This document shows, piece by piece, positions 1 through 8,845 of a DNA stretch of 64,000 nucleotides (within the stretch, counting starts at the first letter, position 1; the number at the start of each line of letters is the position of its first letter). Location: the NCBI GenBank assembly GCA_944376195.1, contig CALWBW010000002.1, forward strand, positions 10,683-74,682. The letters are read 5' to 3'. Source of the stretch: an uncultured Clostridia bacterium. GTDB lineage: Bacteria > Bacillota > Clostridia > Oscillospirales > QAMX01. The notes under the pieces are model-generated. The model had not been told where the DNA came from and ran no database searches. It was given only the letters and a program-made list of their open reading frames with translations. Position numbers and translations under genes: made by a program.

Positions 1-117
1 GTCCGTATCTGTGCAGAAAGCAATGCGGCGGAACTGGCGCATGAACTGTGCGACGGGATCAGTGAACGGATTCGGCGGCTGGATAACGATATAAAACGCC
101 GAAAAAACCATTCCTGA
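1..117 (+). CDS. 3' end of an unidentified CDS (partial, enters from the left edge)
   Basis: An open frame runs from nt 1 to TGA at 115-117 (..VRICAESNAAELAHELCDGISERIRRLDNDIKRRKNHS*). I recognise no family. Confidence 0.3.
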   Translation, partial: VRICAESNAAELAHELCDGISERIRRLDNDIKRRKNHS

Positions 118-433
118 GCCTCTTCCCATGTGGATATTTCCATGAATTTTAAGAATGCCTTAAAAAAAAACGTGTATTTCCCTATTTGGCGTGTTATAAT
201 AGAAACCGATGACAGGGATATGTGAAACGCCGGGTGCGTCTTTCACATAACGACGGATGATGATCCCGGGTGCGCCGGCTGCCGGAAACAGGGTGGCCGG
301 CCGCGCCCTACATAGGTCGCTTGCGGAATATTTTCCGCAGGCTTGCTTTTGTTGCGCCGCAAGGTTCCCTTACGGCCGGTTTGATCATGCTTCTCTTTCT
401 TTTTACCTCACAACAACTTATGAAAGGACAATT

Positions 434-2129
434 ATGGCAGAAAAAATTAAAGCAGAAAAGCCGGAAAAGGCAAAAAAACAAAAAAGTGAAAAAACGGAAA
501 AACTGAAAATCATACCGCTTGGCGGATTGAATGAAATCGGAAAAAACATGACGGCCATTGAATATGGCAGCGATATCATTGTCATCGATTGCGGCGTTGC
601 TTTCCCGGATGAAGACATGCTGGGAATTGATCTGGTCATTCCGGATACCACCTATCTGGAAAAAAACGAAAAGAAAGTGCGCGCCATTTTTTTAACGCAC
701 GGACACGAAGATCATATCGGGGCGCTCCCCTATGTGCTCAAGAAGTTGAACGTCCCGGTCTATGGCACCACGCTCACGCTCGGCCTCGTCGAAACCAAAC
801 TTGCCGAACATAAGCTTTTGCAAAGTGCAAAGCTCCACCGGGTTTCGCTTGGGGATACGGTGCGTATGGGATGTTTTATTGTGGAATTCATCCGGACGAA
901 CCATTCTCTCGCCGATTCCGCGGCGCTGGCCATCAATACGCCGCTCGGCGCGCTGATTTTTACCAGCGACTTCAAAATTGATCCTACGCCTGTCGCGGGC
1001 GAAATGACCGACCTGACACGCTTTGGCGAATATGGCAACAACGGCGTACTCCTTCTCATGCAGGACTCAACCAACGTCGAGCGCCCGGGCTATACGGTCA
1101 GCGAACGGAAAGTCGGCGCAACGTTCGATTCCATCATGAAAAATTCGGACAAGCGCATTATTATCGCAACGTTTGCAGCAAATCTTAGATATCGCAGCAA
1201 AGTATAAGCGAAAAGTGGCTGTTTCCGGGCGCAGTATGGAAAATGTGATTGCCGTTGCAACCAAACTGGGCTATTTGAATGTTCCGGAAAACACGCTGAT
1301 TGAGCTCTCCGCGCTCAACCGTCATCCCAAGCACAAAACCGTCATCATCACAACGGGCAGCCAGGGCGAACCGATGTCCGCGCTTTACCGGATGGCATTT
1401 TCCGGGCATAAGCAGGTAGAGGTCGGCCCCGGGGATCAAATTGTCATCGCCGCGTCGCCCATTCCCGGCAACGAAAACTCCGTCTACCGGATGATTAACG
1501 AACTCTTTAAAAAGGGCGCGGAAGTTGTATACGACCGTCTGGCGGATATTCATGCTTCCGGCCATGCCTGTCAGGAAGAACTCAAAATCATTTTGGCGCT
1601 TACGCGTCCGAAATATTTTATGCCGGTTCATGGGGAACACCGGCATCTGGTAAAACACAGCGAGATGGCGCAGTCCATGGGCATAGATCCGAAAAATATT
1701 TTCATCGGCGAAATCGGAAAGGTGTTGGAGATTTCCGCGAAAGGCGCCCGCTTCTCCGGCACGGTTCCCTCCGGCAATATTCTGATTGACGGATTGTCCG
1801 TCGGCGATGTCGGCAGCGTCGTGCTGCGCGACCGGAAACATTTGGCGCAAGACGGCCTGATTGCTATCATCATCACGATGGACAGTTCTTCCGGCCAGCT
1901 GATGGCAAACCCGGAAATCGTCACACGGGGTTTTGTCTATGTCAAGGAATCTGAAGATATGATGTGCGAATTTAAAAATACTGCAAAAGCCGCGTTGGAT
2001 CGTTGTGCACAGGAAGGCGTTCATGATTGGACCACCTTGAAATCAGCCGTCAAAAAAGACGTTTCAAATTTGATTTACGCCAAAACAAAACGAAGCCCCA
2101 TGATTCTTCCTATCATCACAGAAATCTAA
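434..2129 (+). pseudogene. rnj: Ribonuclease J (metallo-beta-lactamase/beta-CASP), reading frame broken at about 1172-1207
   Basis: ATG at 434 follows a GAAAGGA RBS. The N-terminal fragment (434-1207) carries LGGLNEIGKN and HGHEDHIG motifs. The second fragment (1173-2129, a different frame) continues with QQILDIAAKYKRKVAVSGRSME..GSQGEPMSAL..HASGH..PMILPIITEI. Together they cover a full-length RNase J, but the two frames overlap over 1173-1207. Confidence 0.85.
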
Positions 2130-2134
2130 GATAG

Positions 2135-2169
2135 AAAAAGCTGCATACCACATGGTATGCAGCTTTTTC
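2135..2169. terminator. Bidirectional rho-independent terminator between rnj and dpaB
   Basis: A 14-bp perfect stem (aaaagctgcatacc/ggtatgcagctttt) has a 4-nt loop and A/T runs on both sides. Confidence 0.8.
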
Positions 2170-2209
2170 TCATGTATAGGCCTTTTATTCCATAAACCCC
2201 GAGGGGATT

Positions 2210-2785
2210 TTAACAAATAATCGGTTCCAACTGACGTCCCGCAAGCGCCGCCTCTACCGTTTCGGGAATCAGCTCCATTTTTGCTACGATGGAACGCGGT
2301 TTTTTCTCCGGATCATCCTGCGTCATCGGCACAAAATAGTAGCCGCGCCGGTTCAGGAGTGCACCGATATTGGCCGCATTTCCTGCCAACGCATCGTTTG
2401 ATGAGACCGCGACGACAATGGGGCGTTCATTTCGAAGATGTGCCTTCGCCGCCAGGGTAACGGAACTATCCGCAATTCCCGCGGCAAGTTTTCCCAATGT
2501 ATTTCCCGTGCACGGCGCAATCACCAGAACGTCCAACAGTTTTTTCGGCCCAATCGGTTCCGCGTCGTGAATCGTTTTAATCACAGTATGCCCGCACGCA
2601 CGCTCCAGACGCGCTTCAAACTCCGCGGCATTTCCAAAACGCGTATCCGTCGACGCCGAGACCTCGCTCATAATTGGATAGACGCAGGCGCCCGCGGCAG
2701 TCATTTGTTCCAGTACCTTGATGACTCTTTCAAATGTACAAAATGAACCGCACAGGGCAAACCCAATGCGTGTGTCTGTATTCAT
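2210..2785 (-). CDS. dpaB: Dipicolinate synthase subunit B (SpoVFB, flavoprotein family)
   Basis: MNTDTRIGFALCGSFCTF..APCTGNTLGKLAAGIADS is typical of DpaB. The ATG at 2785 overlaps the dpaA stop (ATGA). Confidence 0.85.
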   Translation of the reverse strand: MNTDTRIGFALCGSFCTFERVIKVLEQMTAAGACVYPIMSEVSASTDTRFGNAAEFEARLERACGHTVIKTIHDAEPIGPKKLLDVLVIAPCTGNTLGKLAAGIADSSVTLAAKAHLRNERPIVVAVSSNDALAGNAANIGALLNRRGYYFVPMTQDDPEKKPRSIVAKMELIPETVEAALAGRQLEPIIC

Positions 2786-3606
2786 GCTTGTTCCTCCATG
2801 ATCTGATACAGGCAATCGCGTACTGTTCCGGCAGCGGCGCGCGGCGCAATTTTGGCAGGCAGCGACAGTGCCCATTCGACGTGCCGCCCCATTGCCTGCG
2901 CCGCGTCAAAATCCACACCGCCGGGTTTTGACGCCAGATCAAAAATCCACGCCTCCGGTTTGACCCGTTCCAATACCGCCGCGTCAAGCACTCGTGCCGG
3001 AACCGTGTTGAAAAATAGCGCAAACTCGTGCGCGACTGTCGAAATTTCCGCCGTATGTACAGCGGTATGACCCTCCGTTCGAATCCAGGCAAAGTCCGCC
3101 GCACGCCGCGCGCTGACAGTTACGCGCGCGCCAAGCAGCGCAAGCTTCCGGGCAAGCACCTTCCCGATTCTCCCGTTTCCAATTACCAGACAGTTCGCGC
3201 CCTGCAGCGTTACATCCGTCCGCTCAATTGCCAGCGCAATTGCGCCTTCCGCAGTCGCCAGAGCATTTACAATGGCAAAGTCTTCCCGTTCAGCGTAATC
3301 CAAAAACGTCACGCCGCACAATTCCGCCATATTATAGACCAACGGCGGCACCTTACCGCCCACTGCGACTCTCCCCGGCGCCATATGCAAAAAAATTCTG
3401 GATGCGGAAATTCCCGAATCTGTCAAAATTCCATCGTCCCGGCACACCGGAAGTGGAAATACAGTCAGTTCCGCCTGCTCGATAAACGAAAGATCTCCGC
3501 CCGCATCAATCAGACACACCTCGTGGCCGTCGGCCTCCAACAATTCTGCAAGCAGCTTTTGCCTCTGGTCTCCATCGATAACGGCAATCCTCCTGGTATG
3601 ATCCAT
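2782..3606 (-). CDS. dpaA: Dipicolinate synthase subunit A (SpoVFA)
   Basis: It has a Rossmann motif (VIGNGRIGKVLARKL) and DpaA-like length, and it is coupled to dpaB. The start was chosen at MDHTRRIAVID (ATG 3606). Confidence 0.8.
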   Translation of the reverse strand: MDHTRRIAVIDGDQRQKLLAELLEADGHEVCLIDAGGDLSFIEQAELTVFPLPVCRDDGILTDSGISASRIFLHMAPGRVAVGGKVPPLVYNMAELCGVTFLDYAEREDFAIVNALATAEGAIALAIERTDVTLQGANCLVIGNGRIGKVLARKLALLGARVTVSARRAADFAWIRTEGHTAVHTAEISTVAHEFALFFNTVPARVLDAAVLERVKPEAWIFDLASKPGGVDFDAAQAMGRHVEWALSLPAKIAPRAAAGTVRDCLYQIMEEQA

Positions 3607-3940
3607 GCACCCATCCCCTTCCGGCGTTCTATCTTCATGGTATGCGCACGCTGTGATTTGCGTGCAGCTCTCCTTGCAAACGGAAATCTTCCAGCGTTGG
3701 TATGACGCACGGGGGATTATATGTCGGCAGAATAGCCGTTTTTTATACAACGCAGCGTTGAGTTGCCGATTTTTTGGTTGTTCAACTTATAGTTGATGCA
3801 TTTTTATCCGATACAACCGCAGGTTCATTGACAATTATACTGGATTTTCATACAATTTAGGCGTGATCACAAAACCACCACATCATGAACGCAGCGGTGC
3901 TTTCAAAAAACGCTGTATTTAAAAAAGGAGGTTTGCTTTT

Positions 3941-5440
3941 ATGTATGATTTAACAGGCCTTGGAGCCCGTATCCGCCAACTTCGAATTCAAAAAGGATTC
4001 ACCCAAGAAGGCTTTGCCCGGGAATTGGGAATTTCCGCGCAAGCTGTTTCCAAGTGGGAAACCGGGGCCGGATGTCCCGATATCGGAATGCTTCCTTTAA
4101 TCGCAAACATTTTGGAAACCACCATCGATTCCCTTTTCAGTGAACCGGAACCTGTGGCAGAACCGGTTGCGGAATTGAAACCTATAGAGCCTGTTCCGGG
4201 CGAACTTTCTCCAACCTGTCGGGAAATAGAAGAGGAAAAACCGGACGTTCGGGAAGTCTTCTCTGCCTTCAATCTCGTATGCCTTTCCGACATGACACCG
4301 GAACGTATCGACGGCCTGACCGTCTGTTTTCCAGATGGCAGCAGTGCGGATCTGGGTACACGGACCATCGTCAATTATGGCGGCGGCATCATTAAAATCC
4401 AGGAAAACGCGCAGAAAAAGCAGCCGCATGCCACCAACATTTCTCCGGTCTTTGAAGAAGAGATTGTTAAACAGGTAGAATCTGCGTTGCAGGAGTCTCA
4501 AATAGACGGATTGGAAAATCTCGGCGACTTGATTTCCGAACAGATTCACCGCGCGCTCCAGAAAAAATCTGCAACCTTTGTCCCGGACTTCCATCAGGAG
4601 TCAAAATCCGAACTCACCTGGGACGGCACGGACATCGACTCGCTTGATCTTTCCGTATCCGGGAGCGCACAGGTCACCGTACACAACGGTACGCCCGGGC
4701 AGTGGAGCGTCATGGCGCGCGGACAGCGGGAGTTTTTAAACAGCCTGCGCTGCATTGAAGACGGTAATGTCTTAAAAATCGAATCCCGGCCTTATAAAAA
4801 CCCGGCATTTTTCTCCCGTCATGAAAAAAACTCCATCGACATTTGCACCGGCTTTTCGCAGGGAGTCGAATTGGATGTCAAGGTACGGGGCTCTGGAAAA
4901 TTCACCTGTGAACCGGCGTTCCAGTCCAGCCGTGTATCCATCAGCGGTTCCGGCGATGTGGAAATGGGCGACGCAGGAAACTTTATCTGTTCCGTCAGCG
5001 GCTCCGGTGACATCACATTCGTATCTGCTAAAAACGCCGTTCTCACAGTGTCCGGTTCCGGCGACATTCAGGGCGGACGCGTTGAAGGCGTCAGCGAATT
5101 AAAGATCAGCGGCTCCGGCGACGCCGAGCTCGGCGCTGCCTCCGGACAGCTCACCTGTCGTGTCAGCGGTTCCGGCGATGTAGAACTGGGCGAGACGGAT
5201 CTGGAATATCTCTCTGTTCTTGTAAGCGGTTCCGGTGACATTTCGGCAGGTACCGGAAAAGCAGACCGGCTGGAGCTGACGCTCCACGGCGCCGGCTCGT
5301 TTGACGGGGAACAGATCACCGCCGGCGAACTCACGGCGGATTTGAATGGCCCCTCGGAAGCGGTAGTCGGCCGTCTGCTTGGTAAATCCGTCGAGCGGGT
5401 CAGCCGCGTATCAAAACTCCGCATACTCCAAAGAGGTTGA
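3941..5440 (+). CDS. XRE-family HTH protein with a C-terminal repetitive SGSGD beta-helix-like (DUF2807/GIN-type) domain
   Basis: The N-terminus LRIQKGFTQEGFARELGISAQAVSKWETG is an XRE-type HTH. A Pro/Glu-rich linker follows. The C-terminus has at least 6 repeats of (V/I)SGSGD(I/V/A). An AAGGAGG RBS precedes the ATG. Confidence 0.7.
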   Translation: MYDLTGLGARIRQLRIQKGFTQEGFARELGISAQAVSKWETGAGCPDIGMLPLIANILETTIDSLFSEPEPVAEPVAELKPIEPVPGELSPTCREIEEEKPDVREVFSAFNLVCLSDMTPERIDGLTVCFPDGSSADLGTRTIVNYGGGIIKIQENAQKKQPHATNISPVFEEEIVKQVESALQESQIDGLENLGDLISEQIHRALQKKSATFVPDFHQESKSELTWDGTDIDSLDLSVSGSAQVTVHNGTPGQWSVMARGQREFLNSLRCIEDGNVLKIESRPYKNPAFFSRHEKNSIDICTGFSQGVELDVKVRGSGKFTCEPAFQSSRVSISGSGDVEMGDAGNFICSVSGSGDITFVSAKNAVLTVSGSGDIQGGRVEGVSELKISGSGDAELGAASGQLTCRVSGSGDVELGETDLEYLSVLVSGSGDISAGTGKADRLELTLHGAGSFDGEQITAGELTADLNGPSEAVVGRLLGKSVERVSRVSKLRILQRG

Positions 5441-5466
5441 CGGAAAGACGTTTCTGAATAAAACAC

Positions 5467-5500
5467 ATGGGGGACCCGGCCAGAAGGCCAGGTCCCCCAT
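5467..5500. terminator. Bidirectional terminator between convergent genes
   Basis: A long GC-rich hairpin (atgggggacc..ggcc agaa ggcc..ggtcccccat) is followed by atttatt. Confidence 0.75.
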
Positions 5501-5502
5501 AT

Positions 5503-6444
5503 TTATTGTGCCACTAGGCTGTCGTCTTCCGTATAGGTTCCCCCAAACCCTTCATACAAGTCCGAGCTCACTGTTTCTCCTTCAATCAAAAACTGAACGC
5601 GGTCAACGTAGGAAAGCTCACAGAGCGAGTTCACAAAAGCATACAGCTTCAGGCTCTTCCCCTCCCCATTTAAAAGCGGAAGATCTAAAAATTCTTCGTT
5701 AAAATTTACATAACAGACGCGGTTTCGAATGGAAAGATCCAAAAACTCCGCGTTGCTGGAAACCACGCGGTTGATCGTACCATCTTCCATCCGTCCCTGC
5801 ATTAGAATAGATACGATTTCCTTCGCCGGTTCTTCTGCATCAGAAAGCGTTCTGGAGAACTGTTGTGGTTCCAGATATCCGGTCTCCCGATTCGGAAAAT
5901 AGATTACAAACGTATAATCTTGTAAACGCATATAATCCGTCGTCGTCACCAGATCCTCCGGTGTAAAAACATGCCGGCTGCCCTGTCCGTCCACCAGGAT
6001 CATCACGCCGGTTATCGTTCGGCCATCCACCTGTTCCAAGCCGAACAAAGTCAAAACCGTACAGTAATCCGCAATTGTGCGGTTGATTCCCGATAACGTC
6101 CCATATTCCTTACTAAAGTTTACCGTAATGACGCCAATATCCGAAATCTCCAGTGACTGAACCGTGGTCCTTTCCGGGAAAACGCTTGTTAAAGTTTCGT
6201 CCTCCGGTTCCGTCATGGCCAACTGCAACACCAGATTACACAGCCGTTCTCCGTCCGTGACCACCAGATTTCTTTCCGTGAAAGCAAATACCGTCCCCCT
6301 GTCCGCCGTATTGCGGTACGCGATCCGGACTTCCATCAGTTCTCTTCGTTCCGCACATCCGGACAGTACAGCCAGCAGCATCACGGCACAAAGCACTGCA
6401 GATGCAAACTGTCTCCTACGCATCCCGGATTTTTTTCTCAGCAT
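5503..6444 (-). CDS. GerM-like lipoprotein (two GerMN-type domains)
   Basis: The lipobox is LLAVLSGC. Two halves resemble each other and end in ..VTVNFSKEY / ..CYVNFNEEF plus V..V.(I)LV(D/E)G motifs. A GGAGGAAGG RBS precedes the ATG at 6444, which overlaps the kinase stop. Confidence 0.6.
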   Translation of the reverse strand: MLRKKSGMRRRQFASAVLCAVMLLAVLSGCAERRELMEVRIAYRNTADRGTVFAFTERNLVVTDGERLCNLVLQLAMTEPEDETLTSVFPERTTVQSLEISDIGVITVNFSKEYGTLSGINRTIADYCTVLTLFGLEQVDGRTITGVMILVDGQGSRHVFTPEDLVTTTDYMRLQDYTFVIYFPNRETGYLEPQQFSRTLSDAEEPAKEIVSILMQGRMEDGTINRVVSSNAEFLDLSIRNRVCYVNFNEEFLDLPLLNGEGKSLKLYAFVNSLCELSYVDRVQFLIEGETVSSDLYEGFGGTYTEDDSLVAQ

Positions 6445-7847
6445 AACTGACCTTCCTCCGCTTTCCATTCCGGAATGGTAACAATAAAACGCGCGCCACC
6501 GCTTTCCCGGTTTTCCGCCCGGACTTCCCCGCCATATTGCTCTACCGTCTTCCGTACAATGGAAAGGCCAAGTCCTGTTCCTCCCGTTTCACGGGAGCGG
6601 GCTTTGTCCACCCGATAGAAACGTTCGAAAATATGTTCCAGATCGCCTTCCGGAATTCCGATGCCGGTATCGTCCACGATACAATATGCCAAGCCGTCCT
6701 TTACATAGGTCAGTACGCGCACCGACCCGCCGGAGTGGTTATATTTCAGCGCGTTTTCCATCAAATTGAATACAATTTGATAGATTCCATCCTCCTCCGC
6801 TTTCACCAGACAATTATCCGCCGTCTCGCAGGAAATGGCAATCCGGTAATGCTCGGCCAGCGGCGTCAGCATCCGGGCTGCACGCCGTACCACATAAGAA
6901 ACATTGACCGGGACAAATTCCTGATGCAGCTGTACATCCAACCTGGTCAGACTCAGCAAACGGTCGGTAATCCGGGTCAGCCGGACAATTTCCTCGCTGA
7001 TATCGTGCAGGAAATCGCGCACATCATCCATACTCATACCGCGGTTTTGCAAGATAGAGTCTGCCAGCAATTTAATAGACGCCAGCGGTGTTTTCAGTTC
7101 ATGCGACGCGTTCGACACAAACTGACGGCGCAAATTCTCCGTTTCTTCCAATCTGCCGGACAGTTCGTTGAACTCATCCGCAATCAAGCTGATTTCATCT
7201 CGTCCCCGGGTCTGGGCACGATGGCTGTAATTTCCCTCGCGCACTTCGCCAATTGCAACGATCAAATTTCGAATCCGCCGTCGCAATGCCGAGGAAAAGA
7301 GCAGGCTGACCGCCAAAGTGAAAATCGCCAGTACAGACGAAATATATCCCAAATAGCGCTGCATGGAGCGCAGGAGCGCACCCTGCTGCGCATCGTATTC
7401 ATAAAAATAGACGGCACCGAAAACCTCCCCGCGATAGGTAATCGGTACGGCGGCACTTGATTCAAACGCATTGTCCACATAGGAACACAGAAAGTAATCA
7501 TTTCCGGACAAAGCGGAAAGCAATGCAGGCATCACAAGAGAACACCCCGAAAGATTGGCATCTTCCGCGCTGTCAAATAAAATTCGTCCAGCTGTATCCG
7601 TCACAAAGACCCGTCCATCTCCATAAATATCCAGTAAGGACATCACAGCCGCAACCCGCTCTCCGTCCAAGGATTGCAATCCGGAAAGGCTTGATGAGAC
7701 CAGGTTCGCCGTACGCAGCATATCTCCACGCTTCGTTTCCACCATCAGGTCCTGCGCAGTCAAAAGCGGATAGGTATTGACAAGTGATACAATCACCACA
7801 ATCATCCCAGCAAATAGCACCATGAGTTTAAAACTCAGGCTATGCAC
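6438..7847 (-). CDS. Sensor histidine kinase (TM-sensor-TM-HAMP-HisKA-HATPase)
   Basis: It has the H-box SNASHELKTPL, the N-box LMENALKYN and the G-boxes DDTGIGIP/GGTGLGLSIV, plus two hydrophobic segments. The start is uncertain (GTG 7847 or ATG 7823, with no clear RBS). Confidence 0.85.
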   Translation of the reverse strand: MHSLSFKLMVLFAGMIVVIVSLVNTYPLLTAQDLMVETKRGDMLRTANLVSSSLSGLQSLDGERVAAVMSLLDIYGDGRVFVTDTAGRILFDSAEDANLSGCSLVMPALLSALSGNDYFLCSYVDNAFESSAAVPITYRGEVFGAVYFYEYDAQQGALLRSMQRYLGYISSVLAIFTLAVSLLFSSALRRRIRNLIVAIGEVREGNYSHRAQTRGRDEISLIADEFNELSGRLEETENLRRQFVSNASHELKTPLASIKLLADSILQNRGMSMDDVRDFLHDISEEIVRLTRITDRLLSLTRLDVQLHQEFVPVNVSYVVRRAARMLTPLAEHYRIAISCETADNCLVKAEEDGIYQIVFNLMENALKYNHSGGSVRVLTYVKDGLAYCIVDDTGIGIPEGDLEHIFERFYRVDKARSRETGGTGLGLSIVRKTVEQYGGEVRAENRESGGARFIVTIPEWKAEEGQLC

Positions 7848-7872
7848 AAAATCCGGCAGGAACCCGTTTTTG

Positions 7873-8553
7873 TTACTGTTTAAAATAATATCCTATGCCC
7901 CATTTCGTGAGTATATACTCCGGCTGCGCAGACCTAGCTTCCACTTTTTCCCGCAAATGCCGGATGTGTACGTCCACTGTACGGATATCGCCCGGGGAAT
8001 CATAACCCCAGACAATGCTCAGCAAATTTTCCCGGGAGTATACGCGCCCCGGATTGCGCATGAAAAGCTCTAAAAGATCAAATTCCTTCACCGTCAGCAT
8101 TACAGGAACGCCGTTTACGGTCACGCTGCGTTCCAGCGTATCCAGTTCAATCCCCCCACGTACAATCCGGTGTTCGCTGTCCTGTCGTTCCGCAGTCCCG
8201 GACCGGCGCAGAATGGCCCGAATACGTGCCTTGAGTTCCATAATATTAAAAGGTTTGGTGATATAATCGTCCGCACCATACTCAAAGCCAATCAGCTTAT
8301 CGTTGTCTTCCGTCTTCGCCGTCAGCATAATGACAGGCACATTGGAAAACTCCCGGATGCGGCGGCAAGCCTCCAAACCGTCAATCTTCGGCAGCATCAG
8401 ATCCAAAAGGATCACGGCGTATTTATTTTCGCTTACCAGACGGACAGCCTCTTCGCCATCATAGGCGGTATCCACCTCGTACCCATCATTTTCTAAATTG
8501 AATTTGATTCCCTTCACCAACAATTTTTCATCGTCTACTACCAGAATCTTCAT
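7873..8553 (-). CDS. OmpR/PhoB-family response regulator
   Basis: The receiver domain reads MKILVVDDE..ILLDLMLPKIDG..TAK. The winged-helix C-terminus reads LTVKEFDLLELF..TVDVHIRHLREK. An AAAGGAG RBS is present. Confidence 0.9.
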   Translation of the reverse strand: MKILVVDDEKLLVKGIKFNLENDGYEVDTAYDGEEAVRLVSENKYAVILLDLMLPKIDGLEACRRIREFSNVPVIMLTAKTEDNDKLIGFEYGADDYITKPFNIMELKARIRAILRRSGTAERQDSEHRIVRGGIELDTLERSVTVNGVPVMLTVKEFDLLELFMRNPGRVYSRENLLSIVWGYDSPGDIRTVDVHIRHLREKVEARSAQPEYILTKWGIGYYFKQ

Positions 8554-8599
8554 CTCATGCTCCTTTCGGCAACCGACTCGGTGTTTTTCATAATTTCAT

Positions 8600-8628
8600 T
8601 TGACAAGTCCTGCGTAATTGAGTAAAAT
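8600..8628 (+). promoter_or_regulatory. Candidate sigma-A promoter (TTGACA-17-TAAAAT), about 217 nt upstream of the carboxypeptidase start
   Basis: The -35 TTGACA lies at 8600-8605 and the -10 TAAAAT at 8623-8628, with a 17-nt spacer. Confidence 0.5.
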
Positions 8629-8845
8629 ATAAGCCAAACAAGGCGTAAGGATTCGCTTTTATGCAGAAAACACGTCTGGTTTTCGGTCAAACAGATCCCC
8701 ATGCAACTTCCCGGCTTTTTCCAAAACGCACGGTATTTCGTACTGTTCGGCCGGGAACATAACAGGATATAATGAAGTATACCACATTTTTTAACGTTTT
8801 GAAATATGTTTATGATAAATTCCTGATGTTTTGGAAGGAGCGTGC

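Noticed and set aside
3074-3090. CGTTCGAATCC is a tRNA T-loop-like string.
   Set aside because: It lies inside the dpaA coding frame and has no flanking acceptor, D or anticodon stems.
3607-3760. A sigma-K-type promoter could lie upstream of dpaA (AC-17-CATAccaTg, about 3634-3660 on the minus strand).
   Set aside because: The match is partial, and the motif is degenerate enough to occur by chance. I have not reported it as a feature.
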